Shown: positions 31,506 to 40,823, counted from the first letter of the stretch. The stretch is DNA of 64,000 bases from a virus (IMGVR_UViG_3300020045_007777:37741-101740), one strand, 5' to 3'. Notes: generated from the sequence alone by a model not told the origin. Numbers and translations are program-made.

Positions 31506-31695
31506 TATTTAATTTACTTAAATGTTGAAAGTAATCTTTCATACCAAAATAAAACTTTTCTCTTTCTAATTGAAATGAACCTTCAGATCTTTTAGAATTA
31601 TTAAAAGGTCTTTTTAATGAATTACCAAATTGATCAATTACTCCACGTTTAAGTTTTCTACTTAAACTTTGTCCTTTATTTTTTCCTTTACCCAT
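31471..31695 (-). CDS. Small basic protein
   Basis: 74 aa, K/R/G-rich N-terminus. Confidence 0.35.
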   Translation of the reverse strand: MGKGKNKGQSLSRKLKRGVIDQFGNSLKRPFNNSKRSEGSFQLEREKFYFGMKDYFQHLSKLNNEQENNTEESK

Positions 31696-31858
31696 TATCT
31701 ATAATAAAAATTAAAATTAATTAATAATAAACCAATTGTTATTTTTAACATTTCATATTCTTCATCAGTTTCATCTTCAATCCATTCTTGCATTTCACAA
31801 TGAAATCCTATACATATTTGTTTAGGTGATAAAATTTCTAATTCAAATCCCCACATAA

Positions 31859-32131
31859 TTATTTAGATTTAGTAGTTTTTTTAATTTTCAAAGCTTTAAG
31901 TTCTTCTTCTTTATTATCTAAAGTAACACTTAAAAGTCTACGTTCTCTTTCAGTAATTTCAAGTTCTTTTTTAACTTCATCTTTACTAAACTTTTGATAC
32001 AATCCATAAAATGTAGTACCTAACAAACCTACAATAGTACCAAACATAGTTATATCTATATAACCAAAAAAGAATGCAGCTAATGCACCTACAACACTTA
32101 ACACTAATCCTCCTGCAAATATATTTTTCAT
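31859..32131 (-). CDS. Small membrane protein with coiled-coil tail
   Basis: Two hydrophobic segments followed by a charged helix. Confidence 0.45.
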   Translation of the reverse strand: MKNIFAGGLVLSVVGALAAFFFGYIDITMFGTIVGLLGTTFYGLYQKFSKDEVKKELEITERERRLLSVTLDNKEEELKALKIKKTTKSK

Positions 32132-32135
32132 ATTA

Positions 32136-32360
32136 TTATTTTTTATTTTTAGAATCTAAATCATACTTAGCTTGAGATTTACCTATTGGTTTACTTATTG
32201 GTTCAGGATCACCTTTTTGAGATTCCATATTAGAATTAATTGATTTTAATAGATTTAAAGCATTAAAAATAAGTGCTGAATCTTGTAATCCAAATACTCC
32301 TTTTTGTGCACTAGCATTAAGTGCTTGTTCAATAATGTTAATTGCTTGAACTAATTCCAT
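32136..32360 (-). CDS. Small hypothetical protein
   Basis: 74-aa ORF. Confidence 0.4.
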   Translation of the reverse strand: MELVQAINIIEQALNASAQKGVFGLQDSALIFNALNLLKSINSNMESQKGDPEPISKPIGKSQAKYDLDSKNKK

Positions 32361-32458
32361 ATCTTATTTATTTAAAATTATAATCAAATATAATATATAT
32401 AATTGAGAAATCCAAATATTATTTAAAATATTTATAAAATAAAAAAGCCTGAGTTTCC

Positions 32459-32995
32459 TCAGACTTTAGAATTATGTTGATATATCCTATTACTTAATCC
32501 TGCAGATTTAATATAATAAGTTATTTCTGCTTTACTAAAACCATATTTAATAACATATGGATCATAAGATATTCTTTTATTTTTATTTAATTGTAAATGA
32601 TTCTTAATATCATTTAACATATTAGTTCTTCTTATTTTAAGTTCATCACCTTTTAATACAGTAATTATTTTTTTTCTATTTTGAGTAGTATGAATATTAC
32701 TTTTAAATAATTCATTATTTAATTGTCTTGCTTTAAAACTACCCATTCCAGAGTCATATATTTTTAATTCATTATCTAAATTAATATCTGATAAATCAAA
32801 CCATTCATTTGAAGAATCAGTTTTATAATTTTTAAATTTTTCATGTAATACTTTTTCAATTTGATCTTTTAAATCAAATACATATAAAAATTTTAATGTT
32901 CTAGCATTACTTGTTTGTAAATCTTTTATCCTTTGTAATGGATATTTACTTTTACCTATTTTTACATAGGTATCATCTGTTATTAAATATATCAT
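32459..32995 (-). CDS. T5orf172 (GIY-YIG-like) domain protein
   Basis: IYLITDDTYVKIGKS...RIKDLQTSNARTL...EKVLHEKF...EWFDL matches the T5orf172/MUG113 domain pattern. Confidence 0.6.
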   Translation of the reverse strand: MIYLITDDTYVKIGKSKYPLQRIKDLQTSNARTLKFLYVFDLKDQIEKVLHEKFKNYKTDSSNEWFDLSDINLDNELKIYDSGMGSFKARQLNNELFKSNIHTTQNRKKIITVLKGDELKIRRTNMLNDIKNHLQLNKNKRISYDPYVIKYGFSKAEITYYIKSAGLSNRIYQHNSKV

Positions 32996-33339
32996 ATAAT
33001 TTATTTTTTTTATATAATCTATCTAACAACAAGATACAAGAATCCCTATATGTGTTTTATCACATAACCGTCATTTTGATTTCATCTTGTTATTAAGCAG
33101 TGCATTTCTACCTAGATTTAACTACAATTAAGTACTTTAGCTTTACGAGAGCATATGTTAAATCAACTTAATAACTTGAATCATCGGGAACAGTGAAATT
33201 CAAGCATCTATCTACACCCTTAGATACTGGCGCCATTTTAGGTTGTCCAGCAGTGCGTCTTCTTAGATAGATTATTTTAATATTGTAAATATAATACATT
33301 TATTTTAAAAATCCTAATAAAGTTACAAATCTTATATAG

Positions 33340-33540
33340 CTAACTGTTGATTAAAATAGCTCTTAATATCTGTTTTGCAAGCTCAAAATCTTCTTCTTGA
33401 CCACTAACTGTTAAACCTCTTAACTTATTATACATATCTTTATCTATAATATTTGCTAATGTCATATCAGTTAATTTAATTCTAAAATTAGATTTATCTC
33501 TTTCATTATTCCATACTTCATCACTTAAACTACTTATCAT
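33340..33540 (-). CDS. Small-protein family member A1 (C-terminal LAxxIL motif)
   Basis: 66 aa, ending SGQEEDFELAKQILRAI. Confidence 0.5.
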   Translation of the reverse strand: MISSLSDEVWNNERDKSNFRIKLTDMTLANIIDKDMYNKLRGLTVSGQEEDFELAKQILRAILINS

Positions 33541-33718
33541 TCTTATAAATATTTATCATTTCATATGCTAATTGTAACATGTATTCATCTTCTGAATGTA
33601 TAAATTTATATATTTTATCTAATTCTTCATTAGAATGTTTATTTAAAGCACAAAGATTTTGTAATTCCATTATAAGATTATATCTCATTTGCATTTGATT
33701 CATCTTGTATTCTCTCAT
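33530..33718 (-). CDS. Small-protein family member A2
   Basis: 62 aa, ending SEDEYMLQLAYEMINIY. Confidence 0.5.
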   Translation of the reverse strand: MREYKMNQMQMRYNLIMELQNLCALNKHSNEELDKIYKFIHSEDEYMLQLAYEMINIYKNDK

Positions 33719-33905
33719 CTTTTCGTTTACTAATTATTAATTGTTTAGCTAATTCCATTAATTCTAATTCACCAGAATCTAACATATTATAAATATTATC
33801 ATATTCTTCTTTAGTGAAACTATACCTCATATTATAAAGTTCAGGATAATATTGTTTAAATAATAAGAACTTTTTAATATCATAATTTATTTTATCATAT
33901 TTCAT
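33678..33905 (-). CDS. Small-protein family member A3
   Basis: 75 aa, with SGELELMELAKQLIISK. Confidence 0.5.
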   Translation of the reverse strand: MKYDKINYDIKKFLLFKQYYPELYNMRYSFTKEEYDNIYNMLDSGELELMELAKQLIISKRKDERIQDESNANEI

Positions 33906-34191
33906 CTGTTATAATATCATGTTTAGTTTTAATTATTTCTACAGCTAAACTATAATCTTCATTTAGTTCTGAATGTAATAATGTATTAATATTTTTCTTT
34001 TCTATATCTGTAAACTGTGTTGATACTCTCAATATATCAGTATAAATATTTAATCTTACTGCTTTATCAAATTCATATTGTCCTTTATATCCAGTATATA
34101 TTTTAAATTGTCTTTGTTGTTCTTTTGATATTTTTTCTATCATTAAATCTTTTAATAAAGATTTTAAATCTTCTTTTTTTATATTATTCAT
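33895..34191 (-). CDS. Small-protein family member A4
   Basis: 98 aa, with NEDYSLAVEIIKTKH. Confidence 0.5.
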   Translation of the reverse strand: MNNIKKEDLKSLLKDLMIEKISKEQQRQFKIYTGYKGQYEFDKAVRLNIYTDILRVSTQFTDIEKKNINTLLHSELNEDYSLAVEIIKTKHDIITDEI

Positions 34192-34492
34192 ATGTCTTTA
34201 ATATTTCTTCTGCTAATGTATTATCTTCATCTAAATTACTATTAATTAAATTATATGTACAAATATATTGTTCTTTTGTCATATCACTATTTACAAATAC
34301 TTTAGTTAAATTTTCTTTCATTTCTTTTATAAAACGTGTTTTTGAAAATGTTTCATCAAAAAGTTGATCATCATTATAAAATGGATTTCTCATATTCATT
34401 AATTTAGTTGGATCTTGCACCATTATTCCATGACTAGCAAGAGTGTGAAAATCATAATTACTTATATGATTAATATTTATTAAACTATTCAT
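34184..34492 (-). CDS. Small-protein family member A5
   Basis: 102 aa, with DEDNTLAEEILKTYE. Confidence 0.5.
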   Translation of the reverse strand: MNSLININHISNYDFHTLASHGIMVQDPTKLMNMRNPFYNDDQLFDETFSKTRFIKEMKENLTKVFVNSDMTKEQYICTYNLINSNLDEDNTLAEEILKTYE

Positions 34493-34799
34493 TGTTATTT
34501 ATTTTAAGTAGTTCATAAACTACATTTATATCTTCTTCTATACCTGATTCTATTAAAGGTAATAGTTTGTTATTATTTATATTATTATTTTGTAGATATA
34601 ATTTGACTACAGCTACTTTCATTTGATATTTCAATTCATAAAAACATTCATATAAATCTTTACTTATTGCAAAATCATTTAAATCTTTTATTTGTTCAGT
34701 ATATTTAATTTGACCTAAATCAATTATTATATATTCTTTATGTTTTGATTCAGGATATACTCTATCCATAACATATTTTACATCATATTTATTTTCCAT
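34485..34799 (-). CDS. Small-protein family member A6
   Basis: 104 aa, with EEDINVVYELLKINN. Confidence 0.5.
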   Translation of the reverse strand: MENKYDVKYVMDRVYPESKHKEYIIIDLGQIKYTEQIKDLNDFAISKDLYECFYELKYQMKVAVVKLYLQNNNINNNKLLPLIESGIEEDINVVYELLKINNNE

Positions 34800-35121
34800 C
34801 TTTAAATTGTGATTTAAGTATTTCTAATGCTAATGTGAGATTATATAGATCATTTGTCTTAATTAAATCTTGTATATAATCTGTATTTAATTCAGGACTA
34901 ATATGTAACATTCCTAATATTGTTAAATATATCCTGTATGATTCTGATTCATTTTCATCAAATGGTTTATATAAATGATAATGTTGTGATTCTATTTGTT
35001 CTTGTATACCTTTTCCCATATTTATATAGCTAAGTGTTAAATATACATATAATAAATGACTTTTCAAAATTTTTTTTAAAATTTTTTTTTGAATTTTACT
35101 GTAAGTGTGACATAAACCCAC
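34789..35121 (-). CDS. Small-protein family member A7
   Basis: 110 aa, with YIQDLIKTNDLYNLTLALEILKSQ. It is the first gene of the leftward operon. Confidence 0.5.
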   Translation of the reverse strand: MGLCHTYSKIQKKILKKILKSHLLYVYLTLSYINMGKGIQEQIESQHYHLYKPFDENESESYRIYLTILGMLHISPELNTDYIQDLIKTNDLYNLTLALEILKSQFKDGK

Positions 35122-35206
35122 AAACCCACCCCACTCTTTTTTAAGATTGGCGATACCCCGTGGCTTTCACGGAACGTCTAAGTATTAATTATAAAAACAA
35201 AGTATT
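35122..35206. promoter_or_regulatory. Divergent promoter region between the leftward and rightward operons
   Basis: Both gene blocks start here. It contains unusually GC-rich elements (cccacaaacccaccccactc, ggcgataccccgtggctttcacggaacg) in an otherwise AT-rich genome. Confidence 0.4.
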
Positions 35207-35572
35207 ATGTCAAAAGTAAACACATTATTCGTAGCAAGCGTTAAATCATTCAATGGTTCTAACGAAAGACCAGCAGAAGCTGACAAAAATGGTATTATGC
35301 CAGTTATTCTGGATGTAGTAGCAGGGTCTTGTCCTAACAAGAGAGTATTATCTGGTACAGTAGCAGAACGTGCTGACCTAACTAAAGGTAAAGCTTATCT
35401 TGTTAAAGCTGAAGAAATTGAAGCAGATGAATATGGACGTCAGTTCAGATTTACTGCTGTTAAAGAACTTGACTTCTCTGAGTTACTTCAAGCTACTCAA
35501 CACTTTGGCGTTGCCAAGATGATTGATGTAACTGAAGCTGTACCTGCTGAAAATGCTGAGTTCACAGAGTAA
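35207..35572 (+). CDS. Hypothetical early protein, compositionally distinct (GC-richer)
   Basis: 121-aa ORF. Its codon usage is visibly GC-richer than the rest of the genome. It is the first gene of the rightward block and is followed by a strong terminator. Confidence 0.6.
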   Translation: MSKVNTLFVASVKSFNGSNERPAEADKNGIMPVILDVVAGSCPNKRVLSGTVAERADLTKGKAYLVKAEEIEADEYGRQFRFTAVKELDFSELLQATQHFGVAKMIDVTEAVPAENAEFTE

Positions 35573-35585
35573 GTTATTACCAACT

Positions 35586-35612
35586 GATAGGAGCCCTTCG
35601 GGGCTTCTTTCT
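35586..35612 (+). terminator. Rho-independent terminator with UUCG tetraloop
   Basis: GGAGCCC-TTCG-GGGCTTC followed by TTTCTTT. Confidence 0.65.
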
Positions 35613-35793
35613 TTATGTACACACAGTGTCTTGGTAATAATATAGTCTACTGTTCTGGTAATAATGATGACTACTTAAATTTAAATCAATATGAAAGCTT
35701 TATTTATTCTTATGATATTATTTATATTTATTGTGTTCTTTATAATGATATGTGATGAAGATTAATATTATATTTTAAACTTAAACAATACTT

Positions 35794-35982
35794 ATGTTAA
35801 CTAAAGAAACTAAACAATTACTGTATAATATATGGTTAGTAATATCTGTTGTATATATAATAGGTATAACTATAATTCACACAATTGGTACAATTGAATT
35901 AAATATCAATTGGATTATTTGTACTATAATAGGTTGTATTAACCTGTTAGGATGCGTTATTACTGGGATTTTGTTTGATTGA
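35794..35982 (+). CDS. Small membrane protein
   Basis: 62 aa with two hydrophobic segments. Confidence 0.4.
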   Translation: MLTKETKQLLYNIWLVISVVYIIGITIIHTIGTIELNINWIICTIIGCINLLGCVITGILFD

Positions 35983-36085
35983 TGTATGTGGTTGTATGTG
36001 TCTAATCATCAACTATCATCTCATTCACTCAATCAATATCAAAAACACTCAAAACATTCAATATTATAGCTAATACTTAAACATT

Positions 36086-36268
36086 ATGAATATACTTGAA
36101 GATAATGGTAGTAACCATGGAGCCATAGCTTGTAACATTTGTTTTAAATATATTTCAAAGAATGAAATAGAATTTAAAGATGATTATGAACATATTTGTG
36201 ATGATTGTGAAGATAAAATAAATCTTGATGATAAATATCATAATGAAACAATAAAATTGTTACAATGA
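36086..36268 (+). CDS. Small zinc-ribbon protein
   Basis: CNICF...CDDCEDK. Confidence 0.4.
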   Translation: MNILEDNGSNHGAIACNICFKYISKNEIEFKDDYEHICDDCEDKINLDDKYHNETIKLLQ

Positions 36269-36507
36269 AAATAATTAAACTAACACAATCATATTCTACA
36301 ACAATTAAATTTAGTAAAGATACTGATGTATTAGAAGCTATTAAATATTGTAAAGAATATTCAATTAAACACAATTGTAAAGTATTAATGCAATTAAAAG
36401 AACATACTAAACCTATTACATCTAATACAGATGTAGAAGAGTTAGCTAAATCATTCTTTAATAAAACATTTAATAAATATCATTGGGCTAATCAATTTAA
36501 CAATTAA
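36265..36507 (+). CDS. Hypothetical protein
   Basis: 80-aa ORF, ATGA-coupled to its neighbour. Confidence 0.45.
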   Translation: MKIIKLTQSYSTTIKFSKDTDVLEAIKYCKEYSIKHNCKVLMQLKEHTKPITSNTDVEELAKSFFNKTFNKYHWANQFNN

Positions 36508-36525
36508 CTACTAAAACTAAACATT

Positions 36526-36795
36526 ATGTCTAAACCAATAACAATACAAGAATTAGAAGTTCTTACAAATCAAGTTCAATTATCAGGAAATATAATAAAA
36601 TCTATTAATGATGCATTAGAATTAAATGCTAAAACTTATGGTTATATTGGTGCTGAAATAATGTTTTTACCATTAGTTGGACAAAATCATAATCATATAA
36701 TAAGATCTTCAATTACAAAACAAGTTCAAATTCTATATAATGAATTTACAGTTTCACATGATACTGCATCATTATTTATTAGATACAATAATTAA
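36526..36795 (+). CDS. Hypothetical protein
   Basis: 89-aa ORF. Confidence 0.45.
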   Translation: MSKPITIQELEVLTNQVQLSGNIIKSINDALELNAKTYGYIGAEIMFLPLVGQNHNHIIRSSITKQVQILYNEFTVSHDTASLFIRYNN

Positions 36796-36813
36796 TCAAA
36801 CAACCCTAAAGTT

Positions 36814-37167
36814 ATGGCTTATTATAAACCTAAAAATAACATTATTAATACATATAATAATGAAAGTATTGCATTTAATGTAAACAAAGAAACTAAAGAT
36901 ACATATTCAGTTGATATATTTCAACAAATAAATATTGAAACAAATGAAATATTAGAATGTAAATGTGAAGTTGTAAAAAACTGGACTTATGGTGTAAAAC
37001 CTAAAGTTAAAGTAATTGAAGGTAAGAAATATAGAGAAGTATTATTAAAATCATCATCTTTAAAAGAATGTTATGATTTTATTGACTTAATTATTCAAAC
37101 TGAAGGTTATTGGGATAAACATCCAACAGAATCATTTAAAGAAATATTTATTGAACCAGTTATATAA
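36814..37167 (+). CDS. Hypothetical protein
   Basis: 117-aa ORF. Confidence 0.5.
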   Translation: MAYYKPKNNIINTYNNESIAFNVNKETKDTYSVDIFQQINIETNEILECKCEVVKNWTYGVKPKVKVIEGKKYREVLLKSSSLKECYDFIDLIIQTEGYWDKHPTESFKEIFIEPVI

Positions 37168-37568
37168 TACTCTTGAAATATATTATCTTAATATAAACAT
37201 CCTGTCAATGGCTCTGTAATAAAACCTAAACGTTCTTACCAATATATTAATATAACTATTTTTAATTAATTAACAATGGTAAAATGTTTTGAGGGAAACC
37301 ATTAATATATTAACTGATCAAAACTAAGTTGTAGGTATTCTTAGTTTTAAATTATAAATAAACTCTCATCTAATTAAAGATGATACACATTATTATCATT
37401 GACTATACATAATGTAATTTGTATTGTGAAGAAATATTAAATTATTCGCAAGATTTATCTTGTACGCTCTAATAATGTAGTATAAATACTAGTGTTTCTA
37501 GTTAGTATCATTTGACAGTATACAGTCTTATGAGAGTTTATTTTTATTAACTAATTAAATTAATTATT

Positions 37569-38096
37569 ATGTCTAAAGTTATATTAAAAAAATTAGGTCA
37601 TATTCAATATCCAGTGGGTACAGATATAAAAGGAACAATGATAGCTGTTAAAAATATGGCTGATGCTATTAAAGAATTATATCCATTACATGAAAATATG
37701 AAATATGGATTTAATTTATTTGTTAGAGGTTCAAGTGGTGCAATTATTGGAGGATTAATATGTGAATATTTATCTAATTATCCAATTAGAATTTGTCATA
37801 TTAAGAAAGAAGGTGAGTCATCTCATTTTAATAGTTCATATTTGACAAATCGTGAAGCTGCTAAAAATATCATTATTGATGATTTTATTTCAACAGGTGA
37901 AACTGTTAATATTATTTATCAAAAAATGATAGACAGTGAAATTAACAATGTTGATTTATTAATTGTAAGTGGTACTATATATGAATCATATTTACAATTT
38001 AAACCATTAAATATTATTTGTGAAGATTATTATCCTAGTGATAAATCAATGAATTATATTGATCAAACAGAAACAATGTTAGAAATACCATTATAA
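37569..38096 (+). CDS. Phosphoribosyltransferase (PRTase type I)-like protein
   Basis: NIIIDDFISTGETV matches the PRPP-binding motif (hydrophobic x4, D-D, x3, T-G-x-T). Confidence 0.55.
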   Translation: MSKVILKKLGHIQYPVGTDIKGTMIAVKNMADAIKELYPLHENMKYGFNLFVRGSSGAIIGGLICEYLSNYPIRICHIKKEGESSHFNSSYLTNREAAKNIIIDDFISTGETVNIIYQKMIDSEINNVDLLIVSGTIYESYLQFKPLNIICEDYYPSDKSMNYIDQTETMLEIPL

Positions 38097-38446
38097 TGAA
38101 AAAACTATTTTCTATATTAATGTTGATTGTATCAATTACATTAGTAGCACAAGAAAAACCTCATAATAACAGTAAAGGATTAAATACTAATACACCAACA
38201 AGTAAATTTGTTCAAGGTGCATTTACAGGTACAATCTTATATGTTGTTTCAAATGAGTTACAAAGAGGAGATAATAAATGGATTTCACATACTATAAGTA
38301 TTGCTGGATCTATTTTATTTGAAGCATTAACAAACAAAAATACTAATCTTGAATTAGCTGGATTTAATGCTGGAGGAGCTGTAACTGTCAATTTAACATT
38401 TGAAATATTTAAAGCAAAGAAATGTTATAGACATAATTATCAATAA
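38096..38446 (+). CDS. Secreted small protein
   Basis: Signal peptide MKKLFSILMLIVSITLVAQE. Confidence 0.5.
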   Translation: MKKLFSILMLIVSITLVAQEKPHNNSKGLNTNTPTSKFVQGAFTGTILYVVSNELQRGDNKWISHTISIAGSILFEALTNKNTNLELAGFNAGGAVTVNLTFEIFKAKKCYRHNYQ

Positions 38447-38449
38447 AAT

Positions 38450-39070
38450 AATAAACTTCTAATACAGGTCACATAGCCCTGAAATAAGAATTGCCAGAAT
38501 CACTGCTATGGCAAGTGAATAGTAGTAAAAGTGATAAATACTTCACAAACTTATTAAGACTGGTTCATTCCAGAGCTATTAGAAGTTTATTTTAAATAAC
38601 TATTGTAATAGACAAGCATGATTAAGTTCAGAAGAGCTATAAACTGAAGGGCTGTTTCAGTATTACAATAGTTTATTTTATAATATTAAAACTCTCATAT
38701 ATAAATCAATAACCTTATAATTGAAATTGCGATAACCAAGCACAAACTATAAGCATTGAGAGTTTTTAAAATATTAAATCACTTGCTTGAAGATAAACAA
38801 TAGGAGCAACGTATTAAGTTGAAACTTTCGAGTATAATTCAACCCTATAAACTGTACTAGCAGTTGTGTTTATTGTAAAGTTATTATATAAAACAGGAGC
38901 TTCCTTGAAAGAATAGATAAACTATTTTATATAATATTCCACTAGAATTTGGACAAGTGATTTTATAATATTAAAACTCTTATGTATGAAGCAACAAATT
39001 AAATTCTTGTACAAGTCTAACTAATCACTATGTGCAATCAATAAGAGTTTTATTTTAAATCAATTATTAA
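38450..39070. repeat. Repeat- and hairpin-dense non-coding island
   Basis: 15-bp perfect inverted repeat 38450-38464 / 38577-38591. Nested inverted repeat 38600-38611 / 38660-38671. Two copies of ATTTTATAATATTAAAACTCT[C/T]AT[A/G]TAT at 38675-38701 and 38960-38986, each with an imperfect inverted partner about 70 nt downstream. Confidence 0.5.
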
Positions 39071-39235
39071 CAATTAAATTAGTATTATGATACCAATAGA
39101 ATACTTTTTCATTAGTACGTCAATACTCATTATTGCCCTAATGTGTCTGTTTTCACCTAATGTTTGTATGATTATTCATAGACAATGGTTTGAATGGAAA
39201 AAGAAATAAATAATTAACAATTTCAATCTAAACTT

Positions 39236-39922
39236 ATGAAGACAGAGAAGAAAACACAAGTAGTAATGTTGACTATAGAAAAAGAAAGTGATATTGTACT
39301 TGTAAACACAATAACTTTAAAAAAATCTATATCTATATATCCTGAACAATTAAAAGGATTCATAGAAAGAGGAAGTAAGTATCAACATCTTTATTTCTTA
39401 TCAGATGATGAGATTAAAGAAGGAGATTGGGTATTTAGAAGTGACTTAAATATTGTATTTAAAACAGATTTTGCAACAAAGGCATATATTTCACATCCTA
39501 ATATTATGGGAACTGAAGGAGTAATGATTAAATATTGTAAAAAGATTATAGCATCAACTGATGAATTATCTGATGGTACAGGATTAGGTATTAGATTATT
39601 ACCAAGACCTTCAAATTCTTTTATACAAAAGTATGTAGAAGAATATAATAAAGGTAATATTATTACTGAAGTTATGGTTGAATATGAACAGAAATATGAA
39701 ACTACTCAAGAAGGTTTAGCAGGATTTCCAGAAGATACTATTACTTGGTGGGTAGACAAACTTAAAACTAAACCTGACAATACTATTATTATTTCATCTG
39801 TTGAAGAAACTTGGGATGATTTAGCTGAAAAATTTAGTAAAGAATCAAATCATTTTACTATTGATGTTTTTATACAGTGGTTAAAAGAAAATAATTATCA
39901 AGTACCAAAACAAATTAAATAA
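39236..39922 (+). CDS. Hypothetical protein
   Basis: 228-aa ORF. Confidence 0.5.
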   Translation: MKTEKKTQVVMLTIEKESDIVLVNTITLKKSISIYPEQLKGFIERGSKYQHLYFLSDDEIKEGDWVFRSDLNIVFKTDFATKAYISHPNIMGTEGVMIKYCKKIIASTDELSDGTGLGIRLLPRPSNSFIQKYVEEYNKGNIITEVMVEYEQKYETTQEGLAGFPEDTITWWVDKLKTKPDNTIIISSVEETWDDLAEKFSKESNHFTIDVFIQWLKENNYQVPKQIK

Positions 39923-39923
39923 A

Positions 39924-40229
39924 ATGTTAGATTTAAATAAATTAAAAATATCAAATTATGATATTAAAAAAAGAATAGGTTTAGCATATACTTTTAATAA
40001 AAGATCAAGTGCAATAGAATTTAGTAATTTTTGCAAAGCTAATAATATAAAATGGTCAAATGGTTGGGAAGTTGAATGGGATATGAGATTTAATGAAGAA
40101 AATCATACAGATGAATGGATTTGTATAGAAAATCATGGAACAGAAATTAATCCTCGATTTGTATTAAGAAGAGGTACTTTTAGTCAGTTCAACTTTAAAG
40201 AACTTAAACTAATTAAATATAATTATTAA
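39924..40229 (+). CDS. Hypothetical protein
   Basis: 101-aa ORF. Confidence 0.45.
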   Translation: MLDLNKLKISNYDIKKRIGLAYTFNKRSSAIEFSNFCKANNIKWSNGWEVEWDMRFNEENHTDEWICIENHGTEINPRFVLRRGTFSQFNFKELKLIKYNY

Positions 40230-40457
40230 AAAACAAATTAAATAAAATAATATTAAATAGACACAAACCGCGATAGAAGTACAATATCCCAAGAAACTAT
40301 TTAATATTATTTAAAAATATATATTATGACATATTTTGATCACATTAGCTTAGAAGATGATTCAACTAATGAATCATTATATATTAAACAAATTCAAGAT
40401 AATAATTTATCTGAAATAGAAAATCAAACAAGAATATAACAATTAAAACTATTAATC

Positions 40458-40817
40458 ATGCAAAAAAGATTATATTACATTCCATCATTAAACTGTTTAG
40501 TATATGTTTATGATGTGACAATTAGAGGTATTATTAAATTTAGTACTGCTGAGTACTTAAATGATATATTTACTACAACACGTCGTTTTACATGTTCAGC
40601 AAGTTTCTTTAAAAAGAAATACAACCCTATCAGATTAGATGCTAGAAATTATTCTAAGTATCTTAATAAAAAAAATGTTAATAATACATTACGTACTATT
40701 GAAAAAAAAGATGACTATAAAGGTGATCCAGGTAAGCATTTTATTGATGCTAGATTTGATACAATTGAGAAAACAGATATTTCTCAATCAAGAAACTTAT
40801 TTAATCATTTTAGATAA
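40458..40817 (+). CDS. Hypothetical protein
   Basis: 119-aa ORF. Confidence 0.45.
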   Translation: MQKRLYYIPSLNCLVYVYDVTIRGIIKFSTAEYLNDIFTTTRRFTCSASFFKKKYNPIRLDARNYSKYLNKKNVNNTLRTIEKKDDYKGDPGKHFIDARFDTIEKTDISQSRNLFNHFR

Positions 40818-40823
40818 TAAATT

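Noticed and set aside
33000-33340. tRNA gene in the GC-elevated gap
   Set aside because: Neither strand contains a GTTCRA T-loop or an acceptor/anticodon stem arrangement that folds into a cloverleaf.
38447-39235. CRISPR array in the repeat-rich non-coding island
   Set aside because: Only two copies of the 27-nt repeat exist. They are 285 nt apart rather than separated by regular ~30-nt spacers, and they pair with inverted partners. This is not CRISPR architecture.
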